Positions 1 through 6,915 of a DNA stretch of 16,332 bases are shown piece after piece. Position numbers and translations under genes: made by a program. Within the stretch, counting starts at the first letter, position 1; every line of letters starts with the position of its first letter. Source of the stretch: Candidatus Micrarchaeota archaeon (GTDB lineage: Archaea > Micrarchaeota > Micrarchaeia > Anstonellales > Bilamarchaeaceae); assembly GCA_032123335.1 (NCBI GenBank), contig JAQBFN010000031.1:1-16332 (forward strand), read 5' to 3'. The notes beneath the pieces are model-generated. The model did not search any database, was not told where the DNA came from, and worked only from the letters and a program-made list of their open reading frames with translations.

Positions 1-1
1 T

Positions 2-337
2 GAGGACTACATCTATTACCTGGTTTTCCATGCAAACATCAAGAATACCTTAAACCGCAGCCAGTTCGTAAGTTACCCCAGCTTCTACCTTCTGGATACC
101 CAGGGAGCCAAATACGATCCAGACCCAGTCCTCCCCCACTATTCCTGCAGGGACGATTACCAGGACCTTCTCCTGGAAACAAAGTACATCTCTCCGGACC
201 AGGCCATCTCCGGGGAAATTTGGGTAGAAGTTGACAATGAGGTTGACCCGCTTGACGGCACCCTCCGCATAGTTTATGACCCAATCCCTGCAGATACCGG
301 GGAGGAATTCATCTTCTCATTCAACTATTCAAATTGA
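2..337 (+). CDS. DUF4352-like extracellular Ig-fold protein, C-terminal part (5' truncated by window edge)
   Basis: Not in ORF track. Frame 2 is open from the window start to TGA at 335-337: EDYIYYLVFHANIKNTLNRSQFVSYPSFYLLDTQGAKYDPDP...ISPDQAISGEIWVEVDNEVDPLDGTLRIVYDP...FSFNYSN*. The pattern F-x-L-x-D-x2-G-x-K-Y ... P-x5-G-x-I-x2-E-V ... L-x-I-x-Y matches the DUF4352 signature as I recall it. Confidence 0.7.
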   Translation, partial: EDYIYYLVFHANIKNTLNRSQFVSYPSFYLLDTQGAKYDPDPVLPHYSCRDDYQDLLLETKYISPDQAISGEIWVEVDNEVDPLDGTLRIVYDPIPADTGEEFIFSFNYSN

Positions 338-338
338 G

Positions 339-911
339 CTACTTATTTTCTTCCCGTATCCTACTGAATATCCCAGCAACATCATACTTCTTCTGCTCTA
401 TGGAATAAACCTCAACAAGCGCTTTCCAAATCTCCTCCATATCCTTCTTAAAAACTCCAAAATTCTCTTCAATCGGCTTTTCCTTGTACAAAACCTCTTC
501 AGTCCCCCAGGCATGTGCAAACCCGTTCCTCACCTGCTTTGTCTGATTCACCATCTCTACGGTTTTGTTCTCAAGAACTCCCCATTTTTTAAGAAGCCTG
601 AGCCTGCTGAAGAAATCAACATATGCAAGCACATCGTCCAGCTTCTCCGCCTCTTCCGAATTCGCGCCCAGCACCCTGAGCTGGATAAGCTCATTCACCA
701 TAAACTCCATCTTTGAAAATAAGTCCAGTATCTCCCCCCGCCCGCAGTTAAGCTTCCTTACAAACTCAAATTCCTCTGAAAGAAGTTTCCAGGTAATTTT
801 CCCCCTGTATATCCTCACATACATCTTTTCGGTTATCATGAAAAGCCGGATATCTTCCGGAATTTTCATATTTGAAAATGTCTCCTGCAGCTCTTTTTCT
901 GTAATTTCCAT
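339..911 (-). CDS. Putative HEPN-domain protein (MtlR-like helical fold, RxxxxH motif), possible RNase
   Basis: 190 aa, helical-looking. Has SKMEFMVNELI (the upstream conserved-Glu helix), FFSRLRLLKKWGVL and VRNGFAH = R-x4-H, the HEPN catalytic motif. Confidence 0.7.
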   Translation of the reverse strand: MEITEKELQETFSNMKIPEDIRLFMITEKMYVRIYRGKITWKLLSEEFEFVRKLNCGRGEILDLFSKMEFMVNELIQLRVLGANSEEAEKLDDVLAYVDFFSRLRLLKKWGVLENKTVEMVNQTKQVRNGFAHAWGTEEVLYKEKPIEENFGVFKKDMEEIWKALVEVYSIEQKKYDVAGIFSRIREENK

Positions 912-913
912 AG

Positions 914-1012
914 TGGGCCCGACGGGATTCGAACCCGCGTCCCAAGGTTTCTTCTGAATTTAAAATTATTCAACCGAAGCCTTGTCGGTTATCCAGGCTA
1001 CCACACGGGCCC
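914..1012 (-). tRNA. tRNA-Arg(TCG) with 25-nt intron at canonical position 37/38
   Basis: Minus strand reads GGGCCCG TG TGGT AGCCTGGATA ACCG A CAAGG CT-TCG-G [intron] A CCTTG GGAC GCGGG TTCGAAT CCCGT CGGGCCC A. Perfect 7-bp acceptor stem, TTCGAAT T-loop, A20 Arg identity element, anticodon at 975-977. CCA is not encoded (CTA follows). Confidence 0.95.
949..973 (-). other. Archaeal tRNA intron with strict bulge-helix-bulge motif
   Basis: Intron TTGAATAATTTTAAATTCAGAAGAA. Exon C32-T-T-C35 pairs with intron GAAG (4-bp central helix), the 3-nt bulges are GG|T and AA|A, and the outer helix is TGAAT/ATTCA. Confidence 0.92.
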
Positions 1013-1037
1013 TAAGTTAAATTATTCTACCGCTACA

Positions 1038-1047
1038 TTTTTTAAAG
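1038..1047 (-). promoter_or_regulatory. Probable TATA box of the tRNA-Arg gene
   Basis: Minus strand CTTTAAAAAA, about 26-35 nt upstream of the mature tRNA 5' end (1012). Confidence 0.6.
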
Positions 1048-1051
1048 AACA

Positions 1052-1064
1052 TAAAAAGAAAAAG
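1052..1064 (-). terminator. Oligo-T archaeal terminator after the large membrane protein gene
   Basis: Minus strand CTTTTTCTTTTTA a few nt downstream of the TAA at 1068-1070. Confidence 0.55.
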
Positions 1065-1067
1065 GGA

Positions 1068-4000
1068 TTAGGCTTGAGCAGTTGTTCTCTCAAAACCTTT
1101 CCGAATCCCAATTTTTGAAGCCAATCTCTTAAGCGGGAAGCTTTTTTTCTCATCTACGCCTCCCCTGAATCTAAATCGTTCCAGGTATTCCTCGCTTTTC
1201 TCTCTCCGTAAGGCGTCAGTGCTCTTATTTCCGCCTGCTCCTACTCCCCCCCGGTAACTAAGCCCTGTGTGTTTACCCGTTTTCTCCAGTTTCGAGGCCC
1301 CAGTATTCCTTTCGTGCACCCTTTTTAGGAGGTCAGGCAAACTTTCTTTGGACCCATCCTTCTTTTTGTTGTTGGGATTGCCCTTAGGTTTTTGTGAGGG
1401 GGGCGTAATCCCATGCTTCTCATAGGCACCCTTGTTCATCCCGCCAGTAATACTATCTGCCTCTTCCCGAGCTTCTTTCCTCTTCTTGCTCCTCTTTTTA
1501 GAAAGCTTCTTCCAAAAACCATCTTTCTTTTCCGCACTCTTGGCTCCATCCCGTCCGATCCTATCCTTTGTTGCAGTTTTACAGACGTCCTTCCTTGCCT
1601 CGTGTTTTCCTTCCTCAACTGCATTCTCCCAGGCTTTAATGAGCCTGCTGGAGCCCCGTCCAAGCAGTTTCGTTACCTTCTTCATGAATGCCTTTTCACT
1701 TGCTTTGCTTTCATCTATTGCTTCCTGTTTGTAGCCCTGCATTCCTGAAAGAACCCCCCTCATAAGTGAGGCTGATGTGCACCTTCCAACGGCACTGCCT
1801 GTCCCTTCGATATCACCCAGAAGGGTATCCGCATCAATCTTCGGAAGCGGAATTCCGTTGTTTCTTGCTGAATCTGCTGCCTGTGAGAAGTCATACTTCC
1901 CTGGGCGCCCAGCCCGTTTTCCCAGGAGCAGTGAAAGCCTGATCCCGGCAGCATACCTTGCTTCACTTGGAAGTTGTGTACTCCAAAGGTCAGTCATTAT
2001 TGCCAGCTCTACAGCTATGTTTGGATATTTCATTTTTAGGAGCATTTTCTCCCAATCCCCAAGGTCATAAGGGTTGACACTTCCATCAAGCTGTGGCTCT
2101 ATGGCCCGGTATGCTTCCCTAATCATTTCGGTCTGTACAAATGGAGACCTGTCCTCTCCCCGTGCTTTGGCCTCTTCCTGAATCTCTTTTAATGCGGCTT
2201 CTCTCTGTGAGCACCAGTTATCAAGTGCTTTCTCTAGCCCTTCAGGAGTTCTTTCGTACTCTACAGAATCGCTTTCTTCCGCAGGTTCTTCCTGAATTTC
2301 CTCTACGGGTTCCTCTTTCTCAGAACCAACATCAGAATCGTTGTTTACGCCAATTTTTTCCCCATCTTGCTTAATATCTTCGTCAAGATGAGCATCTCCT
2401 TCAGCAACTCCCGCAGGAAGCCTTACCTCAGTATCTCCTTCAACAGTTTCCTTTTCCACTTCTGCAGCAGCATCCTTTTGAACCTCAACCGCGCCCTTTC
2501 CGAACGGAAGTGTTATCCCGTTCTGGCCAAGCCAAAGCCCCCCAGCAAGTATCGCAGCACCCACAATCGGGAGGGTTGCAATTCCGATTCCTTTTGCAAC
2601 TCCCCCTCCTTTTCTTGAATAGCGTGCCTGCTCCGCAGAATCCGTCTTAGCAATCCTTAGCTCCCAGTCCAGTTTTTCCTTTGCCTTCTTCCCGAGCCAG
2701 GCCCCAATTTCCCCCTCTCCCCTGAGTGCCCTGAAGAGAGCATTCATGTACTTCTCCCTTTCCCTATAATCAGGCTCAAGCTCCATTAGCGCATGCCTGA
2801 TTTCCGGAACGTATTTAGCCATTCCTTCCTGCTTGCTGTCCGCTTTCTTCATATTCGTATAAAGGTTTGCAAGAATATCCACCATCTGGGATTCTTTCTG
2901 CTCGAATGTGCTTATCTTGAACTTAAGCTCCTTGAGTTCTGCCTCCATCCTCAGGATGCCCTCAACTTGGTTTTTCCTGAGCTCCCTTTCCCTCTTTGTC
3001 CCGAAGCCCACGACCATTTCGTAGTTTAGCTCCGCAATTCTTTCTGCCGCGAACTCATCTACCTCCCCCCCATTTTCCTTTGCTTCGAGCATTTCCTTAA
3101 GTGCCTGGACCTTCCCGGTATCCCCCGTATCAAGCCCCTTGCTTTCCAGGCAAACATCGCAAATCCTGAGTATCCCCCTCCTGCTGTACTCCCCGGGTGA
3201 AATCTCAAGGGTATCAAAAACATCTGCAAATTTATTGTAGGTGGCACTCTGCATCTCATGCCAGAGCAGGTACTGCTTAATGTCATTCTTAGGTCCTGTC
3301 TCTGGAACATCAACGAATTCTTTCTTGAATGCCCTGAGCCTCTGCACCCTCCTCATCTCCGGGCTGGCACCTGAGAGGTTCCCATCATAAACAGTATACC
3401 CTTCTGCAGCTATCCCTTCTGCAAGCTCTATCGCTTCACCTAAATCTTCAGCAAACTCCTTCAGCCCAACATCCCTCTTTTTTCCAGACTCCACAAACAC
3501 TGTTTCCATTGCATAGAAAATGTCCCCATACCTGATGAAATCCTCAAGCGGCTGGATAATTGAGGTTATTCCAAGGTCCTTGTTAGTTGCAAGAGGAACT
3601 TTTACGTCTTCTGAAGGACGCGTTGAAAGAATGGTTCCTGCCCGTTCCATCTCTTTCTTTGTAGGCTCTTCCCTCCTCTTCTCAGGTTTCTTTTCCTTCG
3701 GCGCATTGATGCGTGTCCCTTCCATGTACGCAAAGTCCAGCCCCCCTGCCTTTAGTACGCCAGTATCCACCCTTTGCGACGCAGCATCTTTTTTAGGTGG
3801 CCTGGGTGATTCCCCTCTAAATTCTTCTGTTTGAAGGGGCTCTGCCGCTTTCCTGCGGTTGTCTGATTCTGTTTCAAGCGCATCTGCCTGCTCAATAAGC
3901 GAATCAAACGCCTTCGTGAGTTCTTCCCTCGCATTTTCTATGCTCTTTCCTTCCCACTCGAGCATTTCTAAAATTTTATCATACCAGCTGTAATTCTCCC

Positions 4001-5066
4001 AATTATCAATATCTCTATACGGCTTTGAAGAAAAGGGATGCACATCTTGGAGAGTCTCAACCTGCCATCTCCTTTCCAGCGCCATTTTTCTGAGGTCTTC
4101 AGCACCGAGTTTATCAAAATCACCAAGCAATTTTTCTTCCTGCTTATTAAGGGGGATAATCTCCACTCCCTCAAGTAGCCTGGTTTCCTCCAAAATCATT
4201 GAATCCCTTGCAGGCGTAGGGGCTTCACTTCCCCTTTCTTCATCTGCCTGCTCTTTTTCTTGGAACCATGTATCCTCATTTATTGCATCTGCACGGGTAC
4301 TTTTCTGCCCCCACACTTGTGTTCCATCAAGCCCTGCGGGTGTTTGAGCACCTTTGCCAAGCCCCCTCGGCTCTGCTCCATCAGCTATTGCACCATCAAC
4401 TTCATCAAGCTCCCCAAAGCCAACATCAATTCCTCCTGCCCCAACTTCGATGGGCTCTTCAGACTCAGGAATATCCATCCCCTCTGCCTCCAGCGCGGGC
4501 CCAATGCCGCCTGCGCTTTCCGAAGGCCGAGACCCATTCGCGAAGCTCTTTTCTATTTGGCTAACATCAAACATAACAGAGCTTCCGTCCAGCTCCTCAT
4601 TCCCTCCCGGAGCAAGGAATACCTTCAGGTTTATGAGCTCAGAATCAATCTTCTTCACTTCCGCGTCCGCATCTCCCAGTTCTATTGCCATGTCCACACG
4701 GATGTCCCTCAGCTCGCTCATCCTGTCAAGAACCCTCTTCTGGAAACCGCTCATCTCAACAGCATCTACCAAACACATGTCAGCGTCCCCTTCCTGGGGC
4801 GCAAGAAACTCATTAAGTGGAGGAAGGCCTGAAATCTGGGAAACCTCTTTCTGCCTTGCATGCTCTTCTGCATGCATCTCTATTGCCTCATAAATATTGC
4901 TGCTGGAATCCTCGCTTACGCTAGGTTCAGTGCCAGTTGCCCTCTTGATAACGCTGTTCCAGCTTCTTGTTCCAGCAGGTCTTCCGGAAGAACCGGCAGC
5001 ATCATCTCTAAGAGTTCCGCGGCCTTTCCCCAGTTCCTTTTTCGTATCTTCATCAGACATAACCAT
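1068..5066 (-). CDS. Large hypothetical single-pass membrane protein (~1330 aa) with coiled-coil segments, acidic N-terminal regions and a basic C-terminal tail
   Basis: 4-kb uninterrupted ORF with one hydrophobic segment, GIGIATLPIVGAAILAGGLWLG (about 2526-2592). No family recognised. Start uncertain: TTG 5075, ATG 5066 or ATG 5060. Confidence 0.85.
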   Translation of the reverse strand: MVMSDEDTKKELGKGRGTLRDDAAGSSGRPAGTRSWNSVIKRATGTEPSVSEDSSSNIYEAIEMHAEEHARQKEVSQISGLPPLNEFLAPQEGDADMCLVDAVEMSGFQKRVLDRMSELRDIRVDMAIELGDADAEVKKIDSELINLKVFLAPGGNEELDGSSVMFDVSQIEKSFANGSRPSESAGGIGPALEAEGMDIPESEEPIEVGAGGIDVGFGELDEVDGAIADGAEPRGLGKGAQTPAGLDGTQVWGQKSTRADAINEDTWFQEKEQADEERGSEAPTPARDSMILEETRLLEGVEIIPLNKQEEKLLGDFDKLGAEDLRKMALERRWQVETLQDVHPFSSKPYRDIDNWENYSWYDKILEMLEWEGKSIENAREELTKAFDSLIEQADALETESDNRRKAAEPLQTEEFRGESPRPPKKDAASQRVDTGVLKAGGLDFAYMEGTRINAPKEKKPEKRREEPTKKEMERAGTILSTRPSEDVKVPLATNKDLGITSIIQPLEDFIRYGDIFYAMETVFVESGKKRDVGLKEFAEDLGEAIELAEGIAAEGYTVYDGNLSGASPEMRRVQRLRAFKKEFVDVPETGPKNDIKQYLLWHEMQSATYNKFADVFDTLEISPGEYSRRGILRICDVCLESKGLDTGDTGKVQALKEMLEAKENGGEVDEFAAERIAELNYEMVVGFGTKRERELRKNQVEGILRMEAELKELKFKISTFEQKESQMVDILANLYTNMKKADSKQEGMAKYVPEIRHALMELEPDYREREKYMNALFRALRGEGEIGAWLGKKAKEKLDWELRIAKTDSAEQARYSRKGGGVAKGIGIATLPIVGAAILAGGLWLGQNGITLPFGKGAVEVQKDAAAEVEKETVEGDTEVRLPAGVAEGDAHLDEDIKQDGEKIGVNNDSDVGSEKEEPVEEIQEEPAEESDSVEYERTPEGLEKALDNWCSQREAALKEIQEEAKARGEDRSPFVQTEMIREAYRAIEPQLDGSVNPYDLGDWEKMLLKMKYPNIAVELAIMTDLWSTQLPSEARYAAGIRLSLLLGKRAGRPGKYDFSQAADSARNNGIPLPKIDADTLLGDIEGTGSAVGRCTSASLMRGVLSGMQGYKQEAIDESKASEKAFMKKVTKLLGRGSSRLIKAWENAVEEGKHEARKDVCKTATKDRIGRDGAKSAEKKDGFWKKLSKKRSKKRKEAREEADSITGGMNKGAYEKHGITPPSQKPKGNPNNKKKDGSKESLPDLLKRVHERNTGASKLEKTGKHTGLSYRGGVGAGGNKSTDALRREKSEEYLERFRFRGGVDEKKSFPLKRLASKIGIRKGFERTTAQA

Positions 5067-5106
5067 CAATTCCAACTATTAGATGTTATAATATAGTATA
5101 GAAACA

Positions 5107-5123
5107 TTTATAAACTCTTTCTG
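5107..5123 (-). promoter_or_regulatory. BRE + TATA box for the large membrane protein gene
   Basis: Minus strand CAGAAAGAG-TTTATAAA, a purine-rich BRE directly before a consensus TATA, about 40 nt upstream of ATG 5066. Confidence 0.6.
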
Positions 5124-5198
5124 CCACACCCAAACGCCCCCACAGACGTAAAACTCCCCGTATATATAAACACACCTTACCACATACTCCCGCTAAAC

Positions 5199-5211
5199 GC
5201 GCAAATTTAAG
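5199..5211 (+). promoter_or_regulatory. BRE + TATA box for DUF357-rsmA (probably leaderless transcript)
   Basis: GCGCAAA-TTTAAG ending 22 nt before ATG 5234, with no SD-like sequence in between. Confidence 0.55.
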
Positions 5212-5233
5212 CGTTTCCCACCACTCTATCCCC

Positions 5234-5479
5234 ATGCAGAATGAAAGAGCCCGGAAAAGCCTGGAGAAGCTCGAAACCCGGCTAAAAGACATCCAAAACC
5301 TTGGCTTCAGCGAAAAATACCCTGAAATATTCGAGCTTGCTTCCCAGTACACAAAGGATTCCCGCCACTACCTGGAAAAAGGAGACAATTTTAGCTCATT
5401 CGGCTGCTCAGATTATGCATATGGCCTCCTCGACGCAATCCTGATAATTGAAGGAAAAAAAGGTGAATTCCCGGAATGA
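5234..5479 (+). CDS. DUF357 domain protein
   Basis: 81 aa. A-x2-Y-x2-D-x3-Y-x3-GD-x4-F-x4-YAYGLLDA matches the archaeal DUF357 motif. Confidence 0.88.
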   Translation: MQNERARKSLEKLETRLKDIQNLGFSEKYPEIFELASQYTKDSRHYLEKGDNFSSFGCSDYAYGLLDAILIIEGKKGEFPE

Positions 5480-6201
5480 AGCTCATTAAATCCCTTGGCC
5501 AGCACTTCCTCAACAGCCAATCCACCTTAGAGTTTGAAGCCACCCTTGCAAACCCCAAGGGAAAGAATGTGCTTGAAATCGGCCCAGGTGATGGCCGCCT
5601 CACGGAGAAACTCCTGGAAAGGGAGCCCAAATCCCTCACGGTTGTAGAGAAGGATTCCCGCTGGGCAGAGCACCTCAGGGAAAAGTTCGGTGAAAAAGTA
5701 AATGTAATAGAAGGGGATTTCCTTGAGCAGAAAAACCTTTCCGCAGACGTAATCATAGGCAATATCCCCTACTATGTTTCTTCCCCCATACTCTTCTCCC
5801 TTGCCCAAATCCCATTCAAATCCGCAATCCTGATGGTCCAGCTCGAATTCGCAAAAAGAATGATCGCAGTTCCCAAAACAAGCGAATACGGACGGCTTTC
5901 CGTAACCTCCCAGCTCATCTTCGACACAAAATTAATCAAGAAAGTAAAAAAGGGCTCATTCACGCCTCCCCCCAAAGTAGACTCAGCTATAATCCTCCTC
6001 AAAAGAAAGGACTTTGAAATGGACCAGTTCCTGGAAGATTTTATCCGAATCCTTTTCCAGCACAAAAACCAGATGGTAAGGAATGCGCTGAACCACGGGG
6101 GAATCGAAACGGATTTAGAGCTCCCCAAGAAGCGTGCGCGCGAACTCTCAAAAGAAGAAATCCTCGAATTATGTGAAAAGCTCAGGGCTTCGCTTCAATA
6201 G
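5476..6201 (+). CDS. rsmA: 16S rRNA adenine dimethyltransferase KsgA/Dim1
   Basis: LGQHFL, VLEIGPGDGRLT, VEKD, GNIPYYVSSPIL, MVQLEFAKR, YGRLSV and FTPPPKVDSA motifs. ATGA overlap with DUF357 and SD AGGTGA at 5461-5466. Confidence 0.97.
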   Translation: MKLIKSLGQHFLNSQSTLEFEATLANPKGKNVLEIGPGDGRLTEKLLEREPKSLTVVEKDSRWAEHLREKFGEKVNVIEGDFLEQKNLSADVIIGNIPYYVSSPILFSLAQIPFKSAILMVQLEFAKRMIAVPKTSEYGRLSVTSQLIFDTKLIKKVKKGSFTPPPKVDSAIILLKRKDFEMDQFLEDFIRILFQHKNQMVRNALNHGGIETDLELPKKRARELSKEEILELCEKLRASLQ

Positions 6202-6532
6202 TTACCTGTATTTCCCCCTCAGTAGTAAGCCTTGCAGGAGTATTCGAAGCAGGATACTCAAACCATATCTTCTCCCCGGAAGTTACGTTCTCTCTCACGA
6301 AAACAAGGTTCTGCCCCCCTGCCTTGTCCTGCACCATAATCCTCTTCAGGTTCACAAACGGCTGCACAAGAACCAGGCTGTTTCCCTCCACTATTTTCTT
6401 CCTGAACGTTACTGATCCTGCCCCCCGTTTCCATATAAGGTAAATTATAATGAGCATTACAAGGAATGAGAAAAACGCAAAGATTCCGATAAGGACCCAC
6501 CCCATCGTATCGATATTCGCCAGCATATTCAT
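6182..6532 (-). CDS. Small hypothetical membrane protein (N-terminal TM, beta-rich C-terminal domain)
   Basis: Hydrophobic WVLIGIFAFFSFLVMLIIIYLIW followed by KR. ATG at 6530-6532 forms a TGATG overlap with the PIN gene stop. Confidence 0.8.
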   Translation of the reverse strand: MNMLANIDTMGWVLIGIFAFFSFLVMLIIIYLIWKRGAGSVTFRKKIVEGNSLVLVQPFVNLKRIMVQDKAGGQNLVFVRENVTSGEKIWFEYPASNTPARLTTEGEIQVTIEAKP

Positions 6533-6915
6533 CAAACAACACCTACCTTGGACCTGGAAAGGAGTGATATCACTTTCACGCGATTCTTTTTTAACTTAAC
6601 TCTGAGCGCCCGGTCATTTGTGGCAACAACAACCCCCTTCCCTTTCGCATAATCCACTATCCAGTTATCCACGTTTCCGCTGCTCTCAACCGATTCATGC
6701 TCCCTGAGCCTCAGGAGCTTCAGCCCGAACCTCGCCGCTGCCCCTTCCTTTCCCCTCCCTTTGGAAAGCTTCTCAAGCTCCCCAACAACCCCCGTAGGAA
6801 CAACGAAACTATGCGGGGCCTCCAGCATCTCCTCTATTTTAGTAAAAATATCCAGCTTGAACTGGTATGGCACAAGGAGAAAATTAGTATCCAGGAGCAC
6901 CTTCCTTGGAATCAA
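6532..6915 (-). CDS. PIN-domain ribonuclease, Fcf1/Utp24 (VapC9-like) archaeal family
   Basis: VLLDTNFL, VVGELEKL, VDNWI and VATNDRAL supply the four acidic PIN residues. TTG start overlaps the ftsY stop (TTGA). Confidence 0.92.
   Translation of the reverse strand: MIPRKVLLDTNFLLVPYQFKLDIFTKIEEMLEAPHSFVVPTGVVGELEKLSKGRGKEGAAARFGLKLLRLREHESVESSGNVDNWIVDYAKGKGVVVATNDRALRVKLKKNRVKVISLLSRSKVGVV

Noticed and set aside
39..284. 81-aa minus-strand ORF
   Set aside because: The plus-strand frame 2 gives a convincing DUF4352-like protein over the same interval.
276..957. Plus-strand ORFs 276-716 and 565-957
   Set aside because: Antisense to the HEPN-like gene, one runs into the tRNA, and neither has protein-like features.
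1..1012. Possible integrated element at the tRNA 3' end
   Set aside because: No integrase and no duplicate of the tRNA 3' end seen within the window. It cannot be excluded beyond the left edge.
3150..3161. CxxC (CDVC) in the large protein as a zinc finger
   Set aside because: No second Cys/His pair nearby, so insufficient for a metal-binding call.
5086..5352. 88-aa minus-strand ORF across the divergent promoter region
   Set aside because: Overlaps DUF357 antisense and runs through the TATA elements.
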